A stretch of 64,000 nucleotides of DNA from Octopus sinensis (Eukaryota). The notes below the pieces were generated by a model. It saw only the letters and a list, made by a program, of their open reading frames with translations, was not told the origin of the DNA and did not search any database. Each line of letters begins with the position of its first letter. Within the stretch, counting starts at the first letter, position 1. Shown here piece by piece: positions 28,106-42,248 of the stretch. Location of the stretch: positions 8,432,001-8,496,000 of the forward strand of contig NC_043008.1 of NCBI RefSeq assembly GCF_006345805.1. Reading direction: 5' to 3'. Position numbers and translations under genes: made by a program.

Positions 28106-28972
28106 CCTACACAACGACACACACAGATACATGGAAGGCAACCAAACAAAACTCTTCGCATATAACAAATAGATTGCCACAGAAGATGGAAACATTTCTG
28201 TGGTTTTATCGAAAGTGATATAAACATTAGTTTATTGGTTTCCTTATTTTCATTTTAGTATCTTTTATTACTTTTTTACGTAACAGCCACCGCAACATCG
28301 ATATCAGAATGTTCATCGTAATTACATCGGCACAGTCGCCATTATCACCACCATTATCATTATCATAATCGTGATCGCCATCATCGTCGTCGTCGTCCTT
28401 AACATCATCATCATCATCAACAACATTAACAACATCATATCGATCATCATCTCTCTAAAAGATGAAGACACATTATGGTACTTCTCGCTTCTGCTTGTGA
28501 GTCGATTGCTGTCATCACCATGAAAGTTATCATCCTGCTTTCTTTCCTCAAGTTCGATCGGTATTGGAATCAATAAAAAAAAACATGGGAGAATAGAAAA
28601 TGTTTTTCTAATGTTAATTTTAACGAATATCGATCCCATACCATGTTGTCATTAACAACAAGACATGTGGCTGTTGTAAGATAGATCGCTGTTCGATAAA
28701 CTAATAATGCGACTGTCATCACGCAATATTCCTGTTTTATTCATGAGTTGTTTCCCTCTATGGATAATTATATATGAAAACAGTCATTAAAGTTATCACG
28801 CACGCGCATACGCACAAGCAAACAGACGCACGTATACACACAGATACACACATATAAACACTAATCTATCCCGCTTACACTGCCTAAGTTTTAACAATTC
28901 ATTGCTATATATAGGATGAAGCCACTGCTTTTTTTGCTCTGGCAAGAATGTGGCCGGTCCTTAAAATGCCTA

Positions 28973-29376
28973 CCTATTTCTTTACTACCCACGGAGTGAC
29001 CAAACACAGAGAGGACAAGCAAGGACAGACAAACGGATTAAGTCGAATATATCAACTCCAGTGCGTAACTGGTACTTATTTAATCGACCCCGAAAGGATG
29101 ATAGGCAAAGTCGACCACGGCGGAATTTGAACTCAGAACGCAAAGACAGAGGAAATACCTATTTATTTACTACCCACAAGGGGCTAAACAAGGGCAGACA
29201 AACGGATTAAGTCGATTACATCGACCCCAGTGCGTAACTGATACTTAATTTATCGGCCCCGAAAGTATGAAAGGCAAAGTCGACCTCGGCGGATTTTGAA
29301 CTCAGAACGTAACGGTAGACGAAATACGGCTACCCATTTCTTCCGGCGTGCTAACGTTTCTGGCAGCTCGCCGCCT
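28973..29376 (-). mobile_element. SINE family C with duplicated body (dimer)
   Basis: Head ggcggcgagctgccagaaacgttagcacgccgg, and body gagttcaaa..gtcgactttgcctttcat..gggtagtaaa present twice. Confidence 0.9.
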
Positions 29377-29989
29377 TAATATATCGAATATTATAACTAT
29401 TCTGTAGCTACTGATGGCTGTAACTTGAGAAACAAGTATTTTTAGGATAGTAGTATAAATGCATTTTTTAAAGTCATTCATAGTACGACCAATAATCTAC
29501 TAAAAAATTAGTGTTTATTTCCGAACAGTAGTAAGAAGATAAAGCCAAACGTTTGGCTTAGGAGATTGTTGTTTTAGAATGAATTTCTCCAACAACTCAT
29601 CTGCCCGACCTTGACGTAAAAGAAGATACATCTCTGTTAAAAATAATTTTGTTGATTGATTGGATAAACCTCGAGACACCGATGGAACTCTCTGACATGT
29701 ATCTCATAGCACAAATAATAATGCTAAACCAAACACCCACTTCAGAAAGGTTATATTGTTGACGGCAGGACCCTGGAAAACGTAGGAATTAGTACTTACT
29801 CTAATTATAGAAGTACAAATATACTAATTAGCCATAACTGAAATAATGGGGAGACTTGCGATAATTGGTTATAAGACGAATATAGATCTAATGAAACAAT
29901 GCTAGACGAAGAGATTTCAAGAACTCCAACTGAGAAAGGGTGCATGATTCTAATACTTGTTGTAGAATCCTTTCAAAACATGATAAAGA

Positions 29990-30540
29990 ATGAATATTAC
30001 CTGGTACTACAGTGGTTCACCGCATCTCAAGACGTTTAGGAACCAGAATGGAAAGATTCTGGCATCAAGTGGAAAAGATTTGTTTCTAGCTGGAAAGATT
30101 CTTGTTTCAGTTTTGTGGGAAAAATATCTCCCAAAGCGTCACACTATCAACGCAGAATACTGCATGCCTCTGTTGGACTAACTTCGTGAAGATTTGGAGC
30201 AGAAACGCCGTGGAGAGCTGAGCCGTGGTATCCTGTTTTTTTGCAGGACAATGCACCAGTACAGCCAGCAAATAAATTGCTACGGAAAATACACGACTTT
30301 CGCTTCGATTTGGTAGATTACCTACCTTACTCTCCTGACGTGGATTCCTTCAACTATCACCTCTATCCAAAACTGAAGAAACATCTCAAGGGAACGAAAT
30401 CTCACTCCGATTCGGCAGTGAACGCTACTGCATAAGCCTGGCTGGAGGTCCAGCCTGCTGAATTCTTTTTACAGTGCTTAGAAAAACTGAAGGGCCACTG
30501 CAATAAGCGTTTGAATCTGAGAGGGGAATATGTTGCATAA
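29990..30540 (+). mobile_element. Mariner transposase catalytic-domain remnant
   Basis: ILFLQDNAPV..YLPYSPDV..YHLYPKLKKHLKG..RGEYVA* (DNA and YSPD motifs). Confidence 0.9.
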
Positions 30541-30568
30541 TATCATAATTATATATATATAATACAGT

Positions 30569-30781
30569 GGAGGCGCGTGGCTTAGTGGTTAGCGTGTCAT
30601 CATCATGATCGTAAGATTATGGTTTCGATTCCTGGACCGGGCGACGCGTTGTGTTCTTGAGCAAAACACTTCATTTCACATTTCACATTGATGGACTGGC
30701 ATCCCGTCCAGCTGGGAGAACACATACGCCATTGAAATCGGGAAACCAAGCCCATAAGCCTGGCTAGGCTTTAAAAGGGCG
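30569..30781 (+). mobile_element. tRNA-derived SINE family D (CORE/V-domain-like body, internally deleted)
   Basis: Head ggaggcgcgtggcttagtggttag..ggtttcgattcc, then tgtgttcttgagcaaaacactt and gatggactggcatcccgtcca. Confidence 0.75.
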
Positions 30782-32124
30782 TAGGGAGATATATATATAT
30801 AATACATGTACGATTGATGTAGAGTGTGGGAAATCTACGTTTTTACAAAGTTTATGCCTTTCCATGTTTCACTCTCGGTGTCTGAATCGAATCACTTATG
30901 CACCTAATTACTACTGCATAGCAGTCAATTTGTGCCTCATGGTTCATGGTACTGCGAAATCTATGTCCACCGATCAGTAGGTCTCTATCACTTCTATTAT
31001 GTATACATTTATCATAATTTTTTAATTGATTTTAAACCATAATTTCAGTCACTTGTCTTGCTAATATTAATGCTATAATTATCTATTGATTTTTGTCTCA
31101 TGTATAATTTGTTGTAACTATTAAGTTAGTGTATTATAATACGATATTATATTATATTCAATAGGCAGTTGAACTTATTATTAACGTTATTAATATTCTT
31201 TTCTGCTCTAGGTAATAAAGTTTTGATATTAATACTAATGTTTATAGATTTCCTTTATGTTTATTTAAATATTTTTTGGCGTACTTGTACATAAAACGAC
31301 GCTGCTCCATTGTTATTTTTTTGTCACTACAGATTGTTAATGCATATTATATGTCCACTCGTCTCTATGATTCTGTACTTTGAACTCCAGGTCTCTCAAT
31401 GCTTCCCCAATTAATTTATTATCGATGCGGTCGTTGGATTTACTAGCAGCATAAACATATGTACATTTTTGTTACTCCATTAACTTTGCTATTCTTTACA
31501 CATAAACCTGTTTCCTCTTCCCGTTTTATTTATTTTTCAAGCCATTTTTTTATTGTCTTCAAACACTTGTCTCCCTTTATTCTCTTCAACTTCTCGTCTA
31601 TCATTTTTTTTTTACATTATCTTCCTTTTATCTTCATTGCTGTAGTTTAGATATTTATGGGATTTCACTCTGTATGATACGCACGCGTGAGTGTCTATGT
31701 GTGTATGTTTGTGTGTGTACATGAGCGTGTGTTATATCTGCATATCTTTGTGCTTTCTCTGTTACCGTTGAGTTTCGTGTAACCGCTGTTATCTTTTATT
31801 TATTACGGAAGTAATTAATTTTGCTTTGTCTCAGAGTGAGTTTTGCCATATAAGCACATTTAATTTGTTTCTTACATTTTGATGTTATCAGTTGAAGATT
31901 ATGATGTACGTGTGTGTGTGTGGATAGGTTTATTTGGAACGTGCATTATAAAAAAAATGAGAAATATCATTAAATTATGTTCTGTATCTATGTCACACAA
32001 ATACGCATGCGCACATACGCACACACACATGCACGCACACACACGCATGCACACATATGCATCTGTATATATATATATATATATTATATATATATATATA
32101 CATACATACAAACATATATTATAT

Positions 32125-32355
32125 TTTACTCTTTTACTTGTTTCAGCCATATGACTGTAGCCATGCTGGAGCACCGCCAATAGTCGAGCAAATCGACCCC
32201 AGGATTTATTTTTGTAAGCCTAGTACTTATACTATCGCTCTCTTTTGCCAAACCGCTAAGTTACGGCGACGTAAATACACCAGCATCGGTTGTCAAGTGA
32301 TGTTGGGGGACAAACACAAACACTCAAACATATATACACACACACACACACACAC

Positions 32356-32425
<70 letters not shown>

Positions 32426-32586
32426 GACAGGCTTCTTTCAGTTTCCGTCTAGCAAATCCACTGACAAGGGTTTGGTCGACCCAAGGCTATAATAGAAGAC
32501 ACTTCTCCAAGGTGCCACGCAGTGGGTCTGAACCCGGAAACATGCGGTTGGTAAACAAGCTACGTACCACACAGCCACACCTAAGC
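32125..32586 (-). mobile_element. SINE family A with expanded internal (TA)n
   Basis: Family match. Confidence 0.9.
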
Positions 32587-32620
32587 TTATATATATATAT
32601 ATAGAATACATATTCTTATA

Positions 32621-32910
32621 TTCTTCTTTTTGATACTCAAGTTTCAGCCAGAGGCTAGGGCCACGCCGGAGCACCACCTTTCAGTATTTTGGCGTATCCT
32701 TCCGGTACATTTTTTTTTGGTGAAGACGCGAGGTGGAAGAGGTTGCTCTTCTTCGAGCCCCCTGCCGTGTTGTGGGCTCATGTGGGATTTCTGATCGAAA
32801 TTTGCTCAAATGCTTTTTGAACATTTCCATATCTACACCGTGCAAATCTCTTAGGTTCCTTGGTAGGGTGTTAAGCAGTTCTGGTCCCTGAAACACAAGC
32901 TGCTCTGCAA
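32621..32910 (-). mobile_element. CR1-like LINE 3' end
   Basis: GPELLNTLPRNLRDL..FKKHLSKF..IPHEP..SSTSRLHQ is a typical CR1-group terminal ORF2 motif, followed by a short 3' tail. Confidence 0.8.
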
Positions 32911-32964
32911 TATTGAAAAGCTCAATACACTTATCGATATGAAATACATGTAAATACAAATTCA

Positions 32965-33240
32965 TATACGGAAGTACTCAGGTAGGATCGTGAGTTCGAT
33001 TCTTAACGAAGCTTTGTGTCCTTGAGCAAGACAATTTATCTCGCATAGCTCCAGTTTGGTCAGTTGTTAAAAATGAGCAGTGTCTATAATTCAAAAGGCC
33101 AAACTTCTTGCATTCTATGTATCGCGGAATTTCTCTGAGAACTACGTTAAGATACACGCGTTTGTAGAATTTTTATTCCACGAGGAGGCTGCTAGGTTCA
33201 TCGGCATAACTAGAACCCACGACATTTGGAAACCGACGGA
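32965..33240 (+). mobile_element. Decayed SINE (CORE-like body with family-B-like 3' part)
   Basis: gagttcgattc, tgtgtccttgagcaagaca, gagaactacgttaag and accgacgga. Confidence 0.7.
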
Positions 33241-33402
33241 ATGTATATATATATATATGTATGTGTGTGTATGTTTGTGTGTGCCTGTGTGTGTGTAAAC
33301 ACTGGCATATATACTTATAATAATAATGATGTATATATATGCATACATATATGTATACATTATATATATATACACATATATATATATATATACATGTGTA
33401 TG

Positions 33403-33455
<53 letters not shown>

Positions 33456-35159
33456 GTATATATATAATGCGGCCTCCTTAGATCGGTAAATGCTAGACCA
33501 CGTTTTAGTTTCTTGATACTAATGAGTAAAGACACTCATAAATCGCAGAAAAAGTACGAATCGCGGATGCTTTAATCAGACCACCGAAGCCTTTCGAAAT
33601 GAGAAGAAAGCTAGCATAGAGATGTATGAGCGTATCCAAAAGTGCGAGTATAAAGAAAATGCACGCTGGAAGCATTATGTCATCGTTCGATTTATTGAAA
33701 CACGATGGCAGCGAATATAATGGCTTCAGAATTGGCGAATAAAAATTGAATATTCATGAAACTACGTTCCAGTTACAGTTTTATGACATTTATTTGACAT
33801 CAAACGAGATGATCTTAGGGGTTATGTTTGACTTACGGTTCATATTAAAACATCAAAAATAGGTTCGTTCTTTAATGCAGAACTATTAAAATGCTGTACT
33901 AACATGATTTTCGGATCATAGGGTGAAACACTCGACAAACAAATAAGTGTCCACTCTTATAAAATTATATCCTTGTTGCTTTTCATAGACGTATGCCTTC
34001 AAACGATGTGTTCAGATTCATTCGAACAGAAACACACAGTTGAAATCTGTTAGTTTGGCATAAATAATATGGTGAAATTTTCTCAACGAATAGGTATATG
34101 ACATTAAATGTTCTTAGTATTTATAATAAGTCCATGGACATAAATGGCATCCTTATTCTACGATTCGAACACCTAACGTACTATGGATCACGAGAGAAGC
34201 AGAAATCTATGAGATTTATTCCATTTATTTTCAACATTAGAGCTTTGTTCATTATGCATATTTTTTTTTTCAACCGAAATTTTATATTAATAAGATAATG
34301 TTGAGAGTCAATTAGTAAATAATGTTAATTACACAAAATATTACTGAATACCACTGTCAGATTTTTGTAGGAAATCATTGTCTTGGAAGCATGAAGTCTA
34401 TTTTCATGAAAAACAATGAACAGTAAAATGTTGGTAAAATGCCACTATGAATTGTGTAGTAGCCATTTTGTCTATGACGAATTTCTAACAAATGACAAAA
34501 GAATATGCACTGGAAAAAGAAAATAATTCACTGTTTTATGTGTTGGAAATCTTTCATTAGTATATCAAAACTTATAACTTGAAAAACGTGGTCAGACAGA
34601 GGGAAAATCATGTCTTGCAAAATGTGAAAGTAGACATTTGTTTCCAGCGTTATTATTAACAATGCATGAAAAAACAAACTTGCAAAGTTTTACCTACGGT
34701 TTACTTCCAGTGACAGAATATGGATATGCAAACACGCATATAATACAGAAAAAATCACACTTGCATTCTTTTATACCAAAAAATATATAAAATGGTCGAT
34801 GCTAAAAAACTCCGAGTGTAAGAGTTAGTTATCAAGCAATTTCTATAGAGAGGCAGATATTTGGAGAAATAGTGGTGTACAAAGATAACTAGTCAGAAAT
34901 ATAGACAGTCAAGTAGTACTAACAATCAAACAGACATACATCTATGCAGCTTGATATATGTATAGATATTCACGTGTTTTTGTACGAGACTTAATTCTTA
35001 TACATGTCGTATATTTTAACTCATGAATTTCTTAGTACCTGAATGAACAGAAAGGCTGCTCGCTAACAGGGGTAACGATTTGAAATAGTAATGAACATTT
35101 TTTAGTTCATGTCTATTTAGAATTTACAATATATTTCAAACGCTAGGTTGATTAAAATG

Positions 35160-35191
<32 letters not shown>

Positions 35192-35274
35192 CACTCCAAG
35201 CGAAATACTAGTATTTACGGTTTACTGCATTCTCAGTTAGTAGTTGTTAAGTCAACCAATACTATCTATGATGT

Positions 35275-35492
35275 ACTAGCAGAGTCGTTTGCACGCCGGG
35301 CGAAATGCTTACGGGTATTTCGTCTCCCGCTACGTTCTGAGTTCAAATTCCGCTCAAGTCGACTTTGCCTTTCATCCTTTCGGGGTCGATAAATAAGTAC
35401 CATTTTCGCACTGGGGTCGATGTAATCGACTTAATCCCTTTTTCTGTCCTTGTTTGTCCCCTCTATGTGTAGCCCCTTGTGGGTAGTAAAGA
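35275..35492 (+). mobile_element. SINE family C monomer
   Basis: Family match. Confidence 0.88.
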
Positions 35493-35607
35493 CATATATT
35501 TACAAACAATAGCAGCTATCGTAATTCGCATTGTATCTAATGGCCATTAAATTCATAAACACCACATGTAACAGCAATGAGTAAAAATTAACAAAGAAAC
35601 TCTGCTA

Positions 35608-35822
35608 GCGAGATGGCAGAATCATTAGCACGCCTGGCAAATGACTGACGCCAGTGTTTTGTCAGTGTTTACGTTCTGAGTTCAAGTTGTGCCGATGTGT
35701 AGTTTACCTTTCATCCTTTTGGAGTCGATAAAATAAGTATCAGTTGAGCAATGTGGGCCAATGTGATCGACTTACCTCACCCCCCACTCCCAGAACTGCT
35801 GGCCTTGTTCCAAAATTTCGAA
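35608..35822 (+). mobile_element. SINE family C-related, decayed (similar remnants at ~17640-17760, 38680-38760, 39935-40125 on the minus strand)
   Basis: ggcagaatcattagcacgcc..gagttcaag..tttcatccttttggagtcgataaaataagta. Confidence 0.75.
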
Positions 35823-36790
35823 ATTACTATTATCTAAATTCTGCTCTTTTGTCTATGGAGAAGGCAGTAGTGGAAATTAGAAGTTTTATACATTGTTACA
35901 GAAATGTCGTTAACTTTTTTTGTTTTTATTTCTATCTTTCATATAATAATACCAGCGTTTCATGCAAGTATTTTAATTAAAAACTAATCACATTCCCCTT
36001 TGTAATTTTCTGCGTTTGAACAGATAGATTTATATCCTGTCAGTATGGCTGTTCAATTGACGTCATACTATTCATTTGATAATAATATATTCCATCTATT
36101 TTTAATTTCAAGCATGTAATATGATTTCTGTGGGTAATAGTTGTATGCTTATTTATCACACTTATCTTTTCTATATTCATAACAATTTTGCTTTTAGCAA
36201 TATTTCTTCTATAGTTCAAATATTCAGAAATCTATCCAGTATTCAAAGTAGATCTATCAAACTTAGAACTAGTGAGAAATATCGCTCCTTTCAAGCGAAT
36301 GGCTCGTTTTTTAAAGATTTTGTGATAGCAATCTATTCTCAATTGTTTTGCCTATCCGTCGCATCTTTTTCACAAGGGCTGCTTAATTAATTTATTTTAG
36401 ATGGCACAGTTTAAGAAATGACAATTGATATCTTTTTCATATATTGTCTGCATTATAAATTGAAAACAATACATTTCCTAACAATTGTCGAGCAAATTTT
36501 TTTCTGGAAATATTCTGAGACGCTTCAAATTTTGTTTGGTTAGCATTACACATTTTTACATATCAGCAGGATCTGGTTTTCCTTCAAGTGCTATTAAAAG
36601 GAAATAAGGATACTTCCTCTTATTTCAAACTTTCTTTTAATTTACTATATATTTGTTATATTTTGTGTGACGATGTAGGTGCGTCAATCCGGAATATATC
36701 CAAAGTCGCCCAAAACTTAAGCTGCGAGAAGAAACTTGCCTCTGCAAGGAACGCCTGTCCTTTGCAGCCCTAGATTTCTGGTGTGACGAT

Positions 36791-36853
<63 letters not shown>

Positions 36854-36858
36854 TATAT

Positions 36859-36894
<36 letters not shown>

Positions 36895-36988
36895 CAGACA
36901 GAGAAAGATAGAGATTGATAGATAGATATACCAATATACATACATACATGCGTACATAACTACACACATACGTACATACTTATATATA

Positions 36989-37020
<32 letters not shown>

Positions 37021-37869
37021 CACACAATTCTATTATTTACCAGATATTTTAGACCATCGGAGTAAATGTGTTTTAAAACAATTTAGTATTTATTTTCACG
37101 TGGAAACTGAGTCGAAATGGATTTTCAGGTTTATATTTCCTAGAATCTTACATACACTAATTTTAACTTTCAAATTATCATTTAAATCCCCGACACAAAT
37201 CTATGCATGTGATTGTTGTTGAGCATGCATTGATAGAGTGCATGTCTCATGAAAAAATTACGGCGCGGTTAGAAGCGGGAAGAAATATTTACGAGGCTGG
37301 GGAAATGTGATAAATCTTCACGCATTTATTTTCTGATTATTAATAAATATAGCCATTGTGTTCTACGTTTTCGATCCAAATATCCATGATAATACAGAGT
37401 ACAATACGGTTTGCTATCTACAAAGCTATTGTCAGTGAGGAAACGTTCTTGTAATTTCAAATAAAAAACACCGGCGTTAAAATTCTACATATTTCCTGAC
37501 CTTTCATATTTGTCAATAGACTTTAATAGTGACTTACCGTAAGATTTAACATACGTTTAAGTTGTTTTACCAAAGGTTTTTAATTTTAAAATATTTGTTA
37601 TGAAATATCAATGATTCAAAATTTTTGTTATAAATATTCTTGTTGGCGTAAACAAATACTTTACGAATTGTTCGTATTAATGTCTTGCCTGCAGATATGT
37701 TTAATAATACACAATTCAAACTTAATGAAACATATTTGCTCGCAGAAATATATTCATAATTATGTATAGTTGTATAAATATAGATGAATATGTTACACAT
37801 AGAATGAGTGAGAGAGAGAGAGAAGGGAGAGGGAATTGTATACATTTCTGATCATTTAGTGAACAAGAT

Positions 37870-38010
37870 CAACAAACCGAATATTACAACAGATAACAGA
37901 CAACTCTCTGAAAGACAATGGCTTCCTAATTCCCGCAGATTATGTCAGCAATCCAAGATACATGCATTGAATATGGCTGAGGCGATTGTACAAAAATAAC
38001 ATCTTCAGGA
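37870..38010 (+). mobile_element. Possible R4/Dong LINE fragment
   Basis: SERQWL and SAIQD resemble the R4 SxxWL..AIQDQ region. The match is short. Confidence 0.35.
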
Positions 38011-41000
38011 ATATGAACGAAAAAACATTTAAACAATGGAATGCGTAAAGTCAGTTACAAGTAAAATTACTCCAAGAAAATTAATAAGATTGCGATAAAT
38101 AAAGAGGGAGTAAGAGATAACAACATAGGACATCGAAAATAATATGAAACCTAATGTTGTCTTTTTTACAAATTTACAAAGCAAGCAGTTTAATTACTCA
38201 ATAAAAACCAACTTTATAACTTCAGAATAAATATTTATTGCTCTACGTAACTTAGATACACTTCATGATCTTTTTGAGAACATTAACGTCACGTAAAATT
38301 CTGAAGGAGACATTTATTCACGAAGGAGATAGTGGTGAAAAGAGAATATATTCAGATCACACAGTCTTTTCGTGGTGATTTGAGAGAAGAAGTGATTCTG
38401 CTCTCAGACTTTCTGTTCAAGAAGTAGACGTTGTCATACGCATCAGTTTCACCATTAAAATTGACGTTAAAATAAAGCTGTTAAAACATTCTAATATATA
38501 AATCCATAGTTTGCAAAGTTTTACAAGAAATTCATTTATAAATCCACGGAATCTTGAGAATCTGCAAAATGTTGGTTCTCTGGAAATTCCTTTCCTTTTG
38601 TGTATTTCATACAGCTTTTAACCTGCTGCAGTTTAAAGTCCTTTTCACACTATTAATCTCACTGAGAGGAAATGTAGGGCTCGTGTGCTTTCTACTACCG
38701 CATTGGAATTTGAACTCAGAACATGGAGACAGACGAAATGCCGCTAACGTTTCAGCTAGGTTACTGTCTTGTAACCTGTTCCCAGACGTAACAGTCACAA
38801 AGAATGAAAATGCAGGAGAAAGGAACAGAAAAACTGCAAGATAGATTGGGGTAACACAGGAGAGGAGGAAGGGATATAAATGGGAAAATACAGAACTTAG
38901 GGAAGGGAAATATTTAAGATGAAATTAAAAGTGTGAGAGAGTGACGGTGAGTAGTGAGTCATTCTGTGTATCTTTCTGAATCGTACGTGATACTGGTTTT
39001 ACCTCTGGGTCAGATATATTCATAAGGAGACAGAAAACATTAAAAAATAATAAAAAGGTATGTCTAGAGACATATTGTCTAGAAATCACTTAAAATAGAT
39101 AGATATATATATAGACAGATAGAGAGAGAGGAATTAGTGAGAGAAGTGGAATCAGAAAGGAAGTACACGTGTAAATGAATTGCTTGTGAGATGCTACATA
39201 TTTATTATGAAGTTGTAATGGAAGAAGTGAATATTCCAAAAGAGACATTATCATATAATCTAGACAGATAAATGGAACGTTGTATGCTACGTGCTGCTAG
39301 AGGGGAATAACAGATGTAAAGTCGTAAAAAAATATACAGGCAATGTTGAAAATAATACGAAGAATGAAAAAAAAATGGGGTTGTAACGTAAAGAATAGGA
39401 TAGTAAGGAAAGCATATATGACAAATACTGGAAGTTAGAAGTAAAATTTCAGTTACAACGATGTCGTTGTTGTAAATAAATACAGTGTGATACAATAAAG
39501 GAATAAAATGAAGTAACGCAAATCCAAAAAAAAACGACATCACATATGCAAGCATGAAAAATATTCAAATACTGTGTAAATGTTGACAATCTTCCGTAGA
39601 GAATATCATGTCCTTTTTTGGATATTGAGAAATACAACAAACGGAAACACAATGAAATACTATAATTTTAAAAGAAAAAATATTTATGGTAGAATCAGAT
39701 AAAATAAATTGCAATTTTTCCATGCTTTTGATTTTGTTCTTTCGGTTCCACTCGTTCCTCGCCGAGAATCTTCCATTTAATTTCGTTCTATGTAAAATCA
39801 TTTCCATTCATATGTGTAACCACTGCCACTTCTTTTCCGTCATTCTTTTCTTTTTCTATCTCTCTGTCAACTCATTCAGCTCTTTGCTCATTCCATAACA
39901 ACTTGCTCAACTGCCATATTTATAAGACGAAATACGGGTTTCAAATTTTGGCACAAGGCCAGCAAAGTATGTCGATTACAACGACTGGTACCTATTTTAT
40001 CGATCCCAAAAGACGCAAGGAAAAATTGACCACGACTGAATTTGAACACAGAACATAAAGACGAACGAACGAAATGCCGCCGTCCATCTTGACCGACATG
40101 CTAACGATTCGACCAAATCGTTTCCTTATTTATACATCGAGATGTTAGAATTTTAGTAATTATTACTCTGTCATTGATCACATTTTATCAATCTATCAAC
40201 CTTCAAACTATTTTTTGAATACAGTGTATTTTCTTTGTTATTTTTGGTTTTCCTTTTTAGTCGTCTACTTGATAATAAGAGTCAACACTACTGAAATTCT
40301 CAGTTCTGTTACTGGTATTAAATAAACATGCACACATATGAAAACGTTCATAGAGACATGTATTTGTTTATCTACTTTTATGCGTTTGTGTTTATGTATT
40401 TGTGCGCAATTGTGCGAGTTTATAGTCTAGAATAGTATTAGAGATATTAAAGTCTGCACTGCCAATCGATAAAAGGCCGTTGAACTTCAGGTAACTAACG
40501 AATCGGTGTATGTGTGCTGGTATGTGTGTGTGTGCGTTTGTGTTGTGCTGTGAGTGTATGTGTGCGTGCGTGTGTGTGTGTATGCCGGTGAGTTTGTGCG
40601 CTCATACGAGCTTGTGTGTTGTCTCTGTCTGCGTATTGACAGGAAAGAGGAAAACGACAAAACACAACTCTGGTTCCTTCATCGACTGTCAATTAGAAAT
40701 CTTCGACATTTCGGCACCTTGTAAAGAATTATGCTAAAATATATTTTGGGCTGTAACGGCATAAAGCGAGTGCCCCTCTTGACCCAACATATATATTAAG
40801 TACTGAACACAACCGCACACACCTGCTTTTCATACCTTCCTATATTAATACACCTAGGCACGTGCTTTTAAACTCACTCACTCACACACACACACAAACA
40901 TTAACACTTCGGTAATCTTATATTTGCTGACATCTTTAGATTGCAACTTACGCACTAACTTTAAGGCTACACTTTCAGTGACTTGTAAAAACGCTTTCAC

Positions 41001-41967
41001 CTCCGTACATCACTTCTGTGATCTTTTCACCCACTCTTGTCCACTCTTTCAAAACCATCCAAAGTTTCTTACGCCCTCCGTGTTCTTCACACATCATGTG
41101 TATCTCACCTTACTTCTCACCTGTACATCACAGAAATTTCTTCTTATCATATATATATTTTTCCCTTTCCTCGATTACACCATTAACTAGACATTACTGG
41201 ACTCTCTGCATCTTTCACTAGTGTTGCGTAACGTTTACCAATTTATTTGCTTCTTATTCTCTTCAGAGACTTCATATACTTAACGTTTGTTTTCAAGCTA
41301 GAGATTAAAATCTCGATCACTGCTAAAATATGTTTTCCCATCCCGATGTATTTTGCTATACGCAAGCACACACATCAATAACACTTTCCAAATTATTCTT
41401 GTCATCCCTTGTTGCTTCGGCAGTATCATTACTCATCGCACCTGAACTCACTCTCACCAAATTATTCACACACTTTTGCATCACCCACCTGAGCATGACT
41501 TGGCAAACACAAACAACCTTCTTCCAACGAACCAACGCTCCTCTTCTTCCAGATTTGCACACCTGCGTACACATGTTTATACTATACCATCCCACGCAAC
41601 CGCACATTTCCAAACTTTCTACCCGTTCCCAGATCCATACCCACTTCCAAACATGCGTCTACACACCCGAATATTTCTTCATTCTGAACATTACTCGAAC
41701 GGTAGTCATACTTGAATTCTATCCGTTCGCGCCTCATTTCTCCCTCACCCATCCCACTCACTCCCTTTCTCTCTCTCACTCTCTCACTCTCTCTCTGTCT
41801 CTCTCCCTCAGTTCGTTCGTCCTTCATTCCTCCTTTCTTTTGTTGAAGGACGAATGTCGGAATTTCTCTTTTAGGTTAATCGTAAGGATTACTCAGTTCT
41901 GTTCTGCTGTTCTTTCTTCCGCGTTGTTCCTTTCCTTATTCATTATATATATACTACCTATATATAT

Positions 41968-42248
41968 GGAGGCGCAATGGCCCAGTGGTTAGGGTAGCGG
42001 ACTCGCGGTCGGAGGATCGCAGTTTCGATTCCCAGACCGGGCGTTGTGTGTGTTTATTGAGCGAAAACACCTAAAAGCTCCACGAGGCTCCGGCAGGGGG
42101 TGGTGATCCCTGCTGTACTCTTTCACCACACTTTCTCCCACTCTTAGCCAGCGAGGTGGCGTCGTTCGAAGGTTAAAACAATGCGAACGCATTGTGAGCA
42201 GCGATGTGTAACAACATCTGATGGTCTGGTCGGTCACGTGATCACGTG
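41968..42248 (+). mobile_element. Chimeric SINE: family B head joined to a different 3' tail
   Basis: Identical to family B up to ~42145, then an unrelated tail ending ggtcacgtgatcacgtga before (TA)n. Confidence 0.75.

Noticed and set aside
29542-29559. Perfect 18-bp palindrome AAGCCAAACGTTTGGCTT
   Set aside because: It is a single occurrence with no context, and could be chance or a local template-switch scar.
33640-33800. Possible Helitron Rep remnant (WRI..IHE)
   Set aside because: Too degenerate to support without an HMM search.
41330-41992. Longest ORF in the window (220 aa)
   Set aside because: It lies in G-poor, CA/CT-rich low-complexity sequence, shows no recognisable domain, and ends inside a SINE head.
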